The position numbers were made by a program, and so were the translations under genes. Shown here one piece after another: positions 29,915 through 40,064 of a stretch of DNA of 64,000 bases; position 1 is the first letter of the stretch; every line of letters starts with the position of its first letter. Location: positions 384,001 through 448,000 of the forward strand of contig CAVTHS010000008.1 in NCBI GenBank assembly GCA_963734535.1. Direction: 5' to 3'. This DNA is from an uncultured Chloroflexia bacterium. GTDB lineage: Bacteria > Chloroflexota > Limnocylindria > Limnocylindrales > CSP1-4. Below the pieces are notes generated by a model. The model was not told the DNA's origin. It searched no databases and saw only the letters and a program-made list of their open reading frames with translations.

Positions 29915-30802
29915 ATGTCCGGCCAGCTCGCTCTGCCCGTCTCGTTCACCGCGTACGGCGCCCGGTCCATGACCGCACCGCTCGTCGACGTCCTCGTCCA
30001 GCGCCCGGGGCGGGCCTTCGGTCGCGCGTTCGACGATCCGGCGCACGGCTTCCTCCACGCCGTCGATCTCGAGCGGGCGCAGCACGAGCACGACGCGTTC
30101 GTGGCGCTCCTGCGGCGGCTGGGCGTCATCGTCCACGAGCTGGGATCGGATTCCTGGCACCCGGACCTCGCGTACACGTTCGACCCCCTCCTCGTCACCG
30201 ATCGGGGCGCCATCCCCCTGCGCTCCGGCAAGCCGACCCGGCGCGGGGAGGAGGCCGAGCTCGAGCGGTGGATGAACGTTCGCGGAATCCCGACGCTGGG
30301 CCGGGTACGGGCGCCCGGGACCGTCGACGGCGGGGACACGTTCTGGCTTCGGCCCGACCTCTTCTGCATTGCGAGGACGCTCCGCTCCAACGACGCCGGG
30401 TCGCGCCAGCTCGCGGCGATCGTCGGCGGCGATGTCCGTGTCTTCGATGTCCCGTACTGGCGCGGGCCTGCCGAGCTGCTCCATCTCCTGTCCGTGATCT
30501 CGCCCGTCGCGGATGACCTCGCGGTCGTCTACCTGCCCCTCCTGCCGGCCGGGCTGTGGGAGCTCCTCGGGGACCTCGGGATCCGGCTCATCACCGTCCC
30601 CGACGAGGAGCTCCCAACCCTCGGCTGCAACGTCCTCGCGGTCCGGCCCGGCGTCTGCGTCGTGGCGGATGGCAACCCGGTCACTCGACGCGCACTCGAG
30701 GCGGCCGGCTGCGAGGTCCACGCGTACGCGGCACAGGAGATCGGGATCAACGGCTCGGGCGGCCCGACCTGCCTGGCCCGGCCGATCCTCCGGCTCGAAT
30801 GA
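29915..30802 (+). CDS. Dimethylarginine dimethylaminohydrolase / amidinotransferase (pentein) family protein
   Basis: A..EH..F...L...GV, PD..Y..DP, R.GE, DGGD, HL.S, GCNVLA, GGP.CL (catalytic Cys). Confidence 0.88.
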   Translation: MSGQLALPVSFTAYGARSMTAPLVDVLVQRPGRAFGRAFDDPAHGFLHAVDLERAQHEHDAFVALLRRLGVIVHELGSDSWHPDLAYTFDPLLVTDRGAIPLRSGKPTRRGEEAELERWMNVRGIPTLGRVRAPGTVDGGDTFWLRPDLFCIARTLRSNDAGSRQLAAIVGGDVRVFDVPYWRGPAELLHLLSVISPVADDLAVVYLPLLPAGLWELLGDLGIRLITVPDEELPTLGCNVLAVRPGVCVVADGNPVTRRALEAAGCEVHAYAAQEIGINGSGGPTCLARPILRLE

Positions 30803-32112
30803 CCGACCGCCCCGCGGCCGGCGACCGGCAGGCCGACCCGGTCCGGCTGCGCCCGTCGCAGCGCCTCGCGGCAGGAGCGGTCGATCCAGCGGCCGTCGCC
30901 GAAGACCTCCTCGCGCTCTGCGCGATCCCGTCGGTCACGGGCGACGAGACCGCGGCCCGCGACCATCTCGCGCGTGCCCTCGAGCGGGCAGGCCTCGGGG
31001 TGCACGCGTGGGACGAAGACCCGGCAGCCCTTGCGACCGATCCGGCATTCCCGGGGATGGAGGTTCCCCGCACGGTCCTGCCGCTGGTGGCGGGGACGCT
31101 GCGGGGCGTGCTGCCGGGAAAGCGGCTCCTGCTCGTGGCGCACACCGACGTCGTGCCGCCTGGCGATCCGGCGACCTGGACGACACCGCCGTTCGCGCCC
31201 GAGGTCCGCGACGGCTGCGTGGTCGGCCGCGGCGCCTGCGACATGAAGGGCGGCCTGGTCGCCGCGCTCGCCGCCATCGGGGCGGTCGCGACGGCCGTCG
31301 GGGCGTCGGGGCTCGCGGGCGAGGTGGTCCTCGTCGGGGTCCCGTCCGAGGAGGACGGCGGAGCCGGCACGTTCGCCGCGATTCGGGCCGGCTACGTGGG
31401 CGACGCGGCCGTCATCCCGGAGCCCACCCGGCTGGAGATCGTCACGGTGTCCGCGGGCGCGATCACGTTCCGCCTGACGGTCCCGGGTCGTGCCGCGCAT
31501 GCGTCGACGCGCCGTGAGGGCGTCTCCGCGCTCGACAACCTCGAGCTGCTGCATGCGGCGCTCCGTGCGGACGAGAGTGTTCGCAACGCGTCGGAGACAC
31601 GGCCCGAGATGCGCGTGCTCGGGCTCCCCTATGCCACCATGATCGGGACGGTCCACGGCGGCGACTGGCCGTCCAGCCTGCCGGACCGGCTCGTCGCCGA
31701 GGGCCGCTACGGCGTCCGGGCGGGACAGACGGCGGCAGCGGCCGAGGCCGAGCTGCGGGCCGTGGTCGGCGCCGCATGTGCCGGTGACCCCTGGCTTCGC
31801 GATCATCCGGCCAGGCTCGACGTCTGGGGAGGACGCTTCTCGTCGTGCGAGGTGCCGGCCGGGCACCCGCTCGCTGCCGGCCTTGCGGACGCGGCCGCCG
31901 CGGTGATGGGCCATCGGCCGGCGCTCGTCGGCGTTCCCTACGGTTCCGACATGCGGCTGCTGGTCAACGAGGGCGGAACGCCGTGCGTCCTGTTCGGCCC
32001 CGGAGACGTCCGCGTCGCCCACGCCGCGAACGAGCAGGTCGCGCTGGCCGAGGTGGTCGCGTGCGCCCGGACGCTCGCCGCGTGGATCGTCGGCGAGCTC
32101 TCCCCGGACTGA
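30799..32112 (+). CDS. M20 ArgE/DapE-family deacylase
   Basis: AHTDVVP, GRGACDMKGG, SEEDGG, IPEPT, AH..NE; ATGA-coupled to the previous gene. Confidence 0.92.
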   Translation: MTDRPAAGDRQADPVRLRPSQRLAAGAVDPAAVAEDLLALCAIPSVTGDETAARDHLARALERAGLGVHAWDEDPAALATDPAFPGMEVPRTVLPLVAGTLRGVLPGKRLLLVAHTDVVPPGDPATWTTPPFAPEVRDGCVVGRGACDMKGGLVAALAAIGAVATAVGASGLAGEVVLVGVPSEEDGGAGTFAAIRAGYVGDAAVIPEPTRLEIVTVSAGAITFRLTVPGRAAHASTRREGVSALDNLELLHAALRADESVRNASETRPEMRVLGLPYATMIGTVHGGDWPSSLPDRLVAEGRYGVRAGQTAAAAEAELRAVVGAACAGDPWLRDHPARLDVWGGRFSSCEVPAGHPLAAGLADAAAAVMGHRPALVGVPYGSDMRLLVNEGGTPCVLFGPGDVRVAHAANEQVALAEVVACARTLAAWIVGELSPD

Positions 32113-32179
32113 CGAGGCGCTCCCGATCGGGGCGTAGCTCCCGCGTGCCGGGGCGTGGCTCGTGCGTGCCGGCGCCCAC

Positions 32180-32602
32180 CTACTTCTTGCCGGCGCGCTT
32201 CTTCCCGTGCTTCTTCTTGCCGCCGTCTTCCCTGGCAGCCGATCGACCCGCCTTGGTCCCGGCTCGAGGGCCCGGGGCCGCGACCGCCGCTGGGGCGGGA
32301 ACCCCCACGCCGACGGCCGCGGCATGGCCGCGGCGCGCGTCGACGACGAGGCCCTCGACCCAGCGCTGCAGCTCCTCGATCCCGGCTGGCTCCAGCCGGT
32401 AGATCCGGCGCGTGCCCTCACGGTGCTCGCTGACGAGCCCGGCGGTCTTGAGAACGGTCAGATGCTGCGAGACGGCCGGGCGGCTGACCGGCATTCCATC
32501 CGCGAGCCGGCCGACCGGGGACGGTCCGCGGCGAAGCCGGTCCACGATCGCGCGGCGGGTGGGATCACCGAGGACGTCGAGAGCGCGTGGGTTCATCTCC
32601 AT
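32180..32602 (-). CDS. ArsR/SmtB-family transcriptional regulator with Lys-rich tail
   Basis: LGDPTRRAIV..L, VG.LA.....SRPAVSQHL.VL..AGLV....GT.R.Y. Confidence 0.9.
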   Translation of the reverse strand: MEMNPRALDVLGDPTRRAIVDRLRRGPSPVGRLADGMPVSRPAVSQHLTVLKTAGLVSEHREGTRRIYRLEPAGIEELQRWVEGLVVDARRGHAAAVGVGVPAPAAVAAPGPRAGTKAGRSAAREDGGKKKHGKKRAGKK

Positions 32603-32854
32603 GGACGGTAAGTATCACCTCACGGATCGGCCGGTCAAGCCCCACGCACGCGTTCCCGCCCCGTGCCGCTCCGGTTTCGGACGAACCCCGGCGCGGGGTG
32701 CGGTCCCACGGGCCCGGTGGACCGGGTCCCGCGGCCGGGGCACCGGCGACGCCTCCTGGCCCCACCCGCGCGGGCCACACCATGTGCCGAATGGCGCCAC
32801 GCGAGGGGCCGATCCTCTCGCCGTCGCGGCTCCGCCCGGACCTATGCTACCGGG

Positions 32855-34519
32855 ATGGCGCCGGACCTCGTCCATGCCGGGCACCGCGTCCCCCTCGTTC
32901 CCGGGCGGACGCTCTTCGACGCGGCCGATGAGCTGGAGCTCGTGGTGCCGGCCTCGTGCCGTCGGTCCGGTCGCTGCCACGAGTGCATCGTCGAGGTCAC
33001 CGCGGGTGGCGAGGCCCTGACCGCGCCCGGCGACGAGGAGGGGTTCCTGCGCCCCGGCTACCGGCTCGCCTGCCGCGCGGGCGTGAAGCGGAGCGACATC
33101 GACATCGAGTTCGACGTCCTGCGCCGGCGCCTCCGCATCTTCATGCCGCCGGACGGGCCCCCGCTCGAGGTGGATCCCGCGGCGCGAGTGATCGACGGTC
33201 GCGTGCGCCTCCTGGCGGACGATGGGACCATGGCCGATGACCTGGGTCCGGCGCACGGCCGATTGCTCGGGATGGCGCTCGACGTCGGCACCACCACCGT
33301 CGTCCTCGAGCTCGTCGACCTCGCGTCGGGTGAGGCGCTCGCGGCGGCCGCCTTCGAGAACCCCCAGCGCTTCGGCGGCAGCGACGTCATGGCCCGCATC
33401 ACGTACGACGACGAGCACCCGGGCGAGCTGCGACGGGCGCTGCGACGCGCGCTCAACCATGAGCTGGGGCGCCTCTATGCGGCCTGGGACGTCGACCGCC
33501 ACCAGGTCGTCGAGGTCGTGGTGGTGGGCAACGCGACGATGCGTGATCTCGCCTTCGGCCTGGACGTGACGCCGATCGGGCGAACCCCGTACCGGTCGAC
33601 GACCGAGGTGGCCTGGCGCGCCGGCGAGACGGCCTCCACGGCGATCGAGCGCCGCGCCCACGAGCTTGGCTTCCTGGTCCATCCGCGCGCCCGGGTCTGG
33701 GGCGCGCCCCTGGTCGCCTGCCACGTCGGGGCGGACGCAGCCGCCGACCTCGTGGCGATGGACGGCGAGGCGGCCGGGCTCCCGCGCATGCTCGTGGACG
33801 TCGGCACGAACACCGAGGTGATCCTCACCGACGGTCATCGGACCCTGGCCTGCTCGTGCCCTGCCGGCCCCGCGTTCGAGGGCGGCCTGATCCGCCATGG
33901 CATGCCGGGCTCGGAGGGCGCGATCGAGTCTGTCCGCAGCGTCGACGGGGCGTTCGTCGTGCGGACCATCGGGGACGTCGAGCCGGAGGGGATCTGCGGT
34001 TCGGGGCTTGTGGACCTCCTCGCCGAGCTCCGCCGGACCGGCGCCATGAACGCCCGCGGCGGGTTCGCGGACGGGACCTCCGGGGTGACAATCGTGCCGG
34101 AGCGCCGGATCACGTTCTCGCGCGCCGATGCGAGCCATCTCGCCCAGGCGAAGGCGGCCAACGCGGTCGGCATGCAGGTCCTGCTGCGCATGCTCGGATT
34201 GGCCGCGGCCGACCTCGCGCGGCTCGATCTCGCGGGCGGGTTCGCCTCGTCGCTCGACGTCCCGAACGCGATCGCGATCGGCTTCCTTCCGCAGGTCCAC
34301 CCCGAGCGGGTCGTGCGACACGGCAACGCGTCGGTCCGGGGGGCGAAGGCCCTGCTCCTCTCGCGCGCCGCCCGGACGCGGCTGGCGGCGCGGGTCGCGC
34401 GAATCGAGCACGTCGAGCTCGAGGCTGAGCCTGACTTCTTCGAGCTGTTCGTGGACGGCTGCCGGTTCGAGCCGCTGGCCGCGGCGACTCTCCCGTCGAC
34501 CGCGGGGATTCCCGCGTGA
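32855..34519 (+). CDS. Reductive activator of corrinoid proteins (RACo/RamA-type, [2Fe-2S] + ASKHA, DUF4445)
   Basis: C...G.C..C...RLAC ferredoxin; DVGTTT, NPQ..GGSDVM.RI, VGN.TM, DVGTNTE, AGPAFEG, GICGSG. Confidence 0.92.
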   Translation: MAPDLVHAGHRVPLVPGRTLFDAADELELVVPASCRRSGRCHECIVEVTAGGEALTAPGDEEGFLRPGYRLACRAGVKRSDIDIEFDVLRRRLRIFMPPDGPPLEVDPAARVIDGRVRLLADDGTMADDLGPAHGRLLGMALDVGTTTVVLELVDLASGEALAAAAFENPQRFGGSDVMARITYDDEHPGELRRALRRALNHELGRLYAAWDVDRHQVVEVVVVGNATMRDLAFGLDVTPIGRTPYRSTTEVAWRAGETASTAIERRAHELGFLVHPRARVWGAPLVACHVGADAAADLVAMDGEAAGLPRMLVDVGTNTEVILTDGHRTLACSCPAGPAFEGGLIRHGMPGSEGAIESVRSVDGAFVVRTIGDVEPEGICGSGLVDLLAELRRTGAMNARGGFADGTSGVTIVPERRITFSRADASHLAQAKAANAVGMQVLLRMLGLAAADLARLDLAGGFASSLDVPNAIAIGFLPQVHPERVVRHGNASVRGAKALLLSRAARTRLAARVARIEHVELEAEPDFFELFVDGCRFEPLAAATLPSTAGIPA

Positions 34520-36084
34520 CCGCGACGAAGCCCGGGCTGCGCGAGCGCCTCGCCACGAGCGACGAGTTCGTGACGGTCACCGAGCTCGTCCCATGGCGCG
34601 GGCCGGTGGCCGACAAGGCCGGACAGGCGGGGCTCGCGGCCGCGCATGCGCTCGTCGACGACCCGCGGATCGCAGCGATCTCGATCACCGACAACGCCGG
34701 CGGTCACGCGATGGCCCGTCCCACGCTGCTCGCCGAGGAGTTCCTGGCGCGGGGGCAGGACGTCATCGTCCACGTCGCCTGCCGCGACCGCAGCCGCAAC
34801 GGGCTCCTTTCGCTCGCCTGGGAGCTGGAGCGACGCGGCGTCCAGAACGTGCTGGCCGTCTCCGGCGACCATCCGGTGGAGGGCTTCGAAGGCCTGTCCA
34901 GGCCGGTGTTCGACGTGGACTCGGTGGGCCTTCTCGCGCTGTACCGCGACCTGGTCGACGGGAGCTCGAACGGGAGCCCGGGTGGCGCCTCCGCGGCCGA
35001 CCCCCCGCAGCCGGGCTTCTACCTCGGCTGTGCCGTCTCGCCCTTCAAGCGCCTCGAGGCCGAGGTCATCCCGCAGTACCTCAAGCTCGCGCTCAAGGTG
35101 CGGGCTGGCGCGGACTTCGTCATTCCCCAGCTCGGCTACGACGCGCGGGCGTGGGATGAGCTCCTGCGCTGGATGCGCCGGGCCGACCTGCGCATCCCGG
35201 CGCTCGCCAACGTGTACGTCCTGTCGCGGACCGTCGCTCGCCTCTTCCACGCGAACCGGGTCCCGGGCTGCGTGGTCTCGGACGAGCTGCTCGCGGTCGC
35301 CGAGCGGGAGGCGGCATCGGCCGATAAGGGTCGGGCCTTCTTCCTCGAGCTCGCCGCACGGCAGGTCGCGATCGCGCGCGGCCTCGGCTTCCAGGGCGTC
35401 TACCTGGCGGGCCACCTGCCGGCGGCCGACGTGTCGCGGGTGCTCGACACCGCGTCCTCCTATGCGCCCGACGACTGGCGGGCATTCGCGCGCGAGATCG
35501 CCTACGCGCCGAAGGGGAGCTTCCGGATGTTCGCCGGGAACCCGGAGACCGGCCTCGCGACCGACGAGCTCTCGCCCGGGTACGCCCGCACGCTGACGCC
35601 CCGTGTGCGCGGCCGGGCGCGCCGCCGGGCATCGCCCTGGTACAGGGCGAACCGCCTCGCGCACCGCGTCGTCTTCGCGCCCGGAACGCCCGGCTTCCGC
35701 GCGGCCGGCCGCGTCTACGGACGGCTCGAGGCGGCCCATGTCGGCCGGCCGCTGCACGTGCTGGAGCAGGCGGTCAAGGTGCCGCTCTACGACTGCCGGG
35801 ACTGTGGCGACTGCTCGCTGCCCGACGTCGCCTACCTCTGCCCGGAATCCCAGTGCCCGAAAGGCGAGCGCAACGGTCCCTGCGGCGGGTCCCACGACGG
35901 CATCTGCGAGGTGCTCCCGCGGCGCTGCGTCTGGGTCCGCGCGTACGAGCGCCTCAAGCCGTACGGCGAGGAGCTCGCGATGCTCGAGCGCCCACCCGTG
36001 ATCGTCGACAATCGCCTCCGGCGCACGAGCGCCTGGGCGAACACCTTCCTCGAGCGCGACCACTTTGCGAAGGGAACCCCATGA
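34516..36084 (+). CDS. metF: Methylenetetrahydrofolate reductase, MetF domain fused to C-terminal MetV-like Cys-rich domain
   Basis: ITDN.GG, HV.CRD..R, NVLA.SGD, K..AGA.F...Q..YD; C-terminal CRDCGDC.L..VAYLCP..QCPK..RNGPCGGS..G.CEV....CVW. Confidence 0.85.
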   Translation: MTATKPGLRERLATSDEFVTVTELVPWRGPVADKAGQAGLAAAHALVDDPRIAAISITDNAGGHAMARPTLLAEEFLARGQDVIVHVACRDRSRNGLLSLAWELERRGVQNVLAVSGDHPVEGFEGLSRPVFDVDSVGLLALYRDLVDGSSNGSPGGASAADPPQPGFYLGCAVSPFKRLEAEVIPQYLKLALKVRAGADFVIPQLGYDARAWDELLRWMRRADLRIPALANVYVLSRTVARLFHANRVPGCVVSDELLAVAEREAASADKGRAFFLELAARQVAIARGLGFQGVYLAGHLPAADVSRVLDTASSYAPDDWRAFAREIAYAPKGSFRMFAGNPETGLATDELSPGYARTLTPRVRGRARRRASPWYRANRLAHRVVFAPGTPGFRAAGRVYGRLEAAHVGRPLHVLEQAVKVPLYDCRDCGDCSLPDVAYLCPESQCPKGERNGPCGGSHDGICEVLPRRCVWVRAYERLKPYGEELAMLERPPVIVDNRLRRTSAWANTFLERDHFAKGTP

Positions 36085-37115
36085 CCCAGCGTGCCGGCGG
36101 CCCGTTCATCGTCATCGGCGAGAACATCCACGCGACGCGGGTCGTCCTGCGCGGCGGCGCCCGCGTCGTCGCGCTCGCCGACGGACGGCCGGCGCTCCCG
36201 TTCGCCGACGAGTCCGGGGCGGAGCGGCTCCTGCCGGTCCCGGACACGGCGCTCGACGGGCCCGAAGGTCCGAAGCAGCGCGTGAAGCACGTCAAGGCGG
36301 CCGTGCTCGCCGGAATGGGCGACGATCCCGCGCACGCGGCGCTCGGACGCGCCTACATCCGCTCGATGGCGCGCCGGCAGGCGGCCGCGGGCGCGCACTT
36401 CCTCGACCTCAACGTCGACGAGGTGACGACCGACGTCGAGGGCCGGATCGACGCGATGCGCTGGATCGTGGGGGCGGTCGAGGACGCGACCGACGTCGCG
36501 CTCGCGCTCGACTCGTCGTCGGCGGCGGTGCTCCGGGCGGGCCTGGCCACCGCCGCGCGCCGAGCCGGCGCCCCGCTCCTCAACTCCGCGGCGCTCGACC
36601 GGATGGACGTGCTGGACCTCGCGGCGGCGGAGGGCTGCGCCGTCGTCCTCTCCGCGACCGGCGCGGGATCGATGCCGGCGAACGCGGACGAGCGGGTCGC
36701 GAACGGTCGCGCGCTCGTCGACGCCGCGACGGCCCGGGGCCTGGGCCTCGACGCGCTGCACGTGGATGCGCTCGTGCTGCCGGTCGCGGTCGACCCGGAG
36801 GTCGGCGGCTTCTTCCTCGACGCCGTCCGCGGGCTGCGGGCGGCATTCGGGACCGGGATCCACCTGACCGGCGGCCTCTCGAACGTCAGCTACGGGCTGC
36901 CGGCACGCCGGCTTCTCAACGATGTCTTCATCGACCTCGCCACGGCCGCCGGGGCGGACAGCGGCATCATCGACCCGCTCGCGAACGACCTCGGGCGGAT
37001 CGCGGCGCTCGATCGGGAGGCACGGCCGTACCGGCTTGCTTCCGACCTCCTGACCGGCGCCGACCCGTACGGCGGCGCGTTCCTGGTGGCATTTCGCGCC
37101 GGCGAGCTCGCCTGA
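36081..37115 (+). CDS. Methyltetrahydrofolate:corrinoid methyltransferase (AcsE / MetH pterin-binding domain, DHPS fold)
   Basis: IVIGENI, Q...GA..LD.N, L.LDS, LNS, D.LV.P, GLSNVSYGLP.R...N..F. Confidence 0.88.
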   Translation: MTQRAGGPFIVIGENIHATRVVLRGGARVVALADGRPALPFADESGAERLLPVPDTALDGPEGPKQRVKHVKAAVLAGMGDDPAHAALGRAYIRSMARRQAAAGAHFLDLNVDEVTTDVEGRIDAMRWIVGAVEDATDVALALDSSSAAVLRAGLATAARRAGAPLLNSAALDRMDVLDLAAAEGCAVVLSATGAGSMPANADERVANGRALVDAATARGLGLDALHVDALVLPVAVDPEVGGFFLDAVRGLRAAFGTGIHLTGGLSNVSYGLPARRLLNDVFIDLATAAGADSGIIDPLANDLGRIAALDREARPYRLASDLLTGADPYGGAFLVAFRAGELA

Positions 37116-37193
37116 CGGTCGCCCGGCCGAGCGGGCCCGGCAGCCGCGCAAGGGGCCAACACGAGACAATGACGAGACAAGGGGAGACGACGG

Positions 37194-37826
37194 ATGGCGG
37201 ACCTGGCGGCACTCACGGCGGCGATCGAGGCGGGCGACCGTGCGACCGCGGTCACGATCACGCGACAGGCGGTGGAGGAGGGCCTCGACCCCCGCATCGT
37301 GCTGGGCGCGATGACCGCCGCGATGGAGGTGATCGGGGCGAAGTTCCAGTGCCAGGAGATCTATGTCCCGGAGATGCTCATCTCCGCCCGGGCGATGAAG
37401 GAGGCCACGGCCGTCCTCGAGCCGGTCCTCGTCAAGGCGGGGATTCGCCCGGAGCACACCGCGGTCCTCGGAACCATCAAGGGCGACCTCCACGACATCG
37501 GCAAGAATCTCGTCGGGATGATGTGGAAGGGCGCCAACATCGAGGTGATCGACCTCGGCACGAACGTCACGCCCGAACGGTTCGTCGAGGCGGCCCGCGA
37601 GCACGACGCGCACATCGTGGGGATCAGCGCCCTGCTCACGACCACGATGGTCGGCATGCGGGACGTCGTCGCCGCGATCCGCGCGGCCGACCTCGGCGGA
37701 GTCAAGGTGATCGTCGGCGGCGCCCCGGTGACCCAGGACTTCGCCGACATGATCGGCGCCGACGGCTATGCCTCCGACGCGGCGTCGGCCGTCGAGGCGG
37801 CCCGGCAGGCGCTCCGCGCGGGCTGA
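37194..37826 (+). CDS. Corrinoid (B12-binding) methyltransferase protein (MtaC/MttC-like)
   Basis: Cap domain M..IG.KF...EIYVPEML..A.AM; B12 motif GDLHDIGKNLV...SALLTTTM...IVGGAPV. Confidence 0.95.
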   Translation: MADLAALTAAIEAGDRATAVTITRQAVEEGLDPRIVLGAMTAAMEVIGAKFQCQEIYVPEMLISARAMKEATAVLEPVLVKAGIRPEHTAVLGTIKGDLHDIGKNLVGMMWKGANIEVIDLGTNVTPERFVEAAREHDAHIVGISALLTTTMVGMRDVVAAIRAADLGGVKVIVGGAPVTQDFADMIGADGYASDAASAVEAARQALRAG

Positions 37827-37900
37827 CACCCCGACGAGGACGAGCGCAGGCGCCGGCCCGTCGGCGGAGCGGCGTCGTCGACGGCGGGACCGACGGGCCG

Positions 37901-38659
37901 TCAGGGGGCGGACGGGACCGGCTCGGCCCGGATCACGCTCTCGTCGTACGACATCGCCAGCCGCTCGCCCGGCTGCAGGACCAGGTAGTCCGCCGGGTTC
38001 CAGGTGCCCTCGATGAGGCCCCGGATCAGGAGCAGCTCCCCGGCGAGCTTCGCGAAGCGCCAGCCGCGCCGGTCGGCGTCGTCGCGCGCCCGTGTCGCCG
38101 CCGCCGCGGCCGCCTCCGGCGCCGCGACACCCATGTCGATGAAGGCGGCGCGGTCGTAGTGCGAGCTCCAGGCGCCCAGCGCCTCCATCAGATAGGCCGC
38201 GTTGTCCTCGCCGTACTTCGCCACGTACTCGCGGTATGTCTCGAGCGCGGACGCGTCCGATACCGCTCCCACCCCACCGAACGCGCTCCCGTCGTCGGTC
38301 CGTTCCAGGTAGTCCTGGATGTACCAGTACGTGCCTGGGTTCGCCGCGAACTCCGCCTGGTAGCGCCCACGGTCGCCCAGGAAGAGCGTGATGCAGTCGT
38401 GGGCCCGTGGCACGACCAGCGGGATCGCGCCCGCGCGGAGGCCCGCGGTCGCGCCGCCACACAGTCCGTAGGCGAGGACGGCCGCGTCATACGGCGAGCC
38501 GGTCTCGTCGATCTCCGCCTGGAGGAGCGCACGGAGGTTCGGTGGGTCGTCGTGGAGGCCGCGCCGGTTCAGCCGCACGTCCACCACGTGCCGCGAACGC
38601 GCCGCGCACAGGTAGACGGAGCGGGCGAGAACCTCGCAGGTCAGGGCGAGCAGGCGCAT
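37901..38659 (-). CDS. DUF1638 family protein
   Basis: L.CEVL, GLH..P..L...LQ..ID, YGLCG, VPR.HDCI.LFLG, GTY. Confidence 0.85.
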   Translation of the reverse strand: MRLLALTCEVLARSVYLCAARSRHVVDVRLNRRGLHDDPPNLRALLQAEIDETGSPYDAAVLAYGLCGGATAGLRAGAIPLVVPRAHDCITLFLGDRGRYQAEFAANPGTYWYIQDYLERTDDGSAFGGVGAVSDASALETYREYVAKYGEDNAAYLMEALGAWSSHYDRAAFIDMGVAAPEAAAAAATRARDDADRRGWRFAKLAGELLLIRGLIEGTWNPADYLVLQPGERLAMSYDESVIRAEPVPSAP

Positions 38660-38777
38660 CGATCGCTAGCCTACCAGCGCCGATGATGGCCGCGCAGCCG
38701 TCCCCGCTGCCGAGGCATGGCAGCCCCGCGCCCCTGTATCGTTCGCGGCGTCCATCCGTACCCAGGAGCACCGAGCC

Positions 38778-39983
38778 GTGGCCCTACCGTCGCTCGCGCG
38801 CGTCCCCGCCCCGCCCGACGCGATCCTCGGCCTGGCCGAGGCCGCCCGTGCCGACACGCGGACCGGCAAGATCAACCTGTCGTCGGGCGTCTTCGTGGAC
38901 GAGACCGGGACGACGCCGGTCCTGCCATCCGTGACCGAGGCGGAGCGGCGGATCCTGGCCGTCGGGCGGACGAAGCTCTACCGCCCAATCGACGGTGAGC
39001 CTGCCTTCCGCGACGCCGTCCGCGACCTCGTCTTCTCGCCGGACCACGAGGTGGTGCGATCGGGTCGCGTCGCCGTCAGCCAGACGCCCGGCGGGACGGG
39101 CGGCCTCCGGGTCGCGGCCGACTTCCTCCGCCAGACCGGGTCGGGCGGCACGATCTGGATGAGCCAGCCCACCTGGCCGAACCACCCGCAGCTGTTCCTG
39201 GCTGCCGGCTTCCGGATTCGCGAATACCCGTACACGGATCCGACCGGCCGGCGGATCGACGAACCTGCGCTGCTGGCTGCGCTCGGCGAAGCCTCCCCGG
39301 GTGACGTCGTCCTGCTCCATGGCTCGTGCCACAACCCGACCGGCGTCGACCCGTCGCCCGACCTCTGGCGCAGGATCGGCGACCTCGTCGAGGACCGGCG
39401 GATCCTGCCGCTCGTCGACTTCGCCTACCAGGGATTCGGCGACGGGCTGCGCGAGGACGCCGACTGGATGGACGGGCTGCTCCGGCCGGGCCTGGAGCTC
39501 CTCGTGTCGACGTCGTTCTCGAAGAGCTTCGCCCTCTACAACGAGCGGGTCGGCGCCCTGCTTCTTGTCGCCGGGTCGGCCGGGCAGGCTGCGGCGGCCC
39601 AGTCGCACGTGAAGGTCGCCATCCGATCGAACTACTCGAACCCGCCGTCGCACGGTGGCGACATCGTGGCAACGATCCTGGCGGATCCGGCCCTGCGGGC
39701 CCAGTGGGAGGGCGAGCTCGCCGGGATGCGGACCCGGATCAAGGCGAATCGGGCGGCGCTCGTCGAGGCGATCACGGGCCGCGGGATCCCGGGTGACTGG
39801 GCCCCGATCGCGACGCAACGGGGGATGTTCGCGCTCCTCGGGCTCAGCCTCGAGCAGGTGGCGCGCCTCCGCGAGGAGCACGCCGTCTACGTGGTCGGCC
39901 GCGGCCGGATCAACGTGGCGGGCTTCACCTCCGCGACCGTCGGGCCGTTCGCCGACGCGCTCGGAGCCGTCATCGCGGGGTAA
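38778..39983 (+). CDS. aspC: Aspartate / aromatic amino-acid aminotransferase (class I)
   Basis: KINL..GV, QTPGGTG.LR, PTWPNH, LLH..CHNPTG.D, DFAYQGFG, SFSK.F.LY.ERVGA, QRGMF, GRINVAG. Confidence 0.92.
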   Translation: MALPSLARVPAPPDAILGLAEAARADTRTGKINLSSGVFVDETGTTPVLPSVTEAERRILAVGRTKLYRPIDGEPAFRDAVRDLVFSPDHEVVRSGRVAVSQTPGGTGGLRVAADFLRQTGSGGTIWMSQPTWPNHPQLFLAAGFRIREYPYTDPTGRRIDEPALLAALGEASPGDVVLLHGSCHNPTGVDPSPDLWRRIGDLVEDRRILPLVDFAYQGFGDGLREDADWMDGLLRPGLELLVSTSFSKSFALYNERVGALLLVAGSAGQAAAAQSHVKVAIRSNYSNPPSHGGDIVATILADPALRAQWEGELAGMRTRIKANRAALVEAITGRGIPGDWAPIATQRGMFALLGLSLEQVARLREEHAVYVVGRGRINVAGFTSATVGPFADALGAVIAG

Positions 39984-40064
39984 CCGTGCCGGGCAGCCGA
40001 GCTCTTCCCCTCGAGGCTGGGACGAAGCGCGGCCGGCAGGGCGTCCGCGCCGTACCATCCGGGT

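Noticed and set aside
32603-32854. Cobalamin riboswitch upstream of the corrinoid cluster
   Set aside because: No recognisable B12-box or conserved core elements, and a -10 hexamer sits right before the ATG, leaving no leader.
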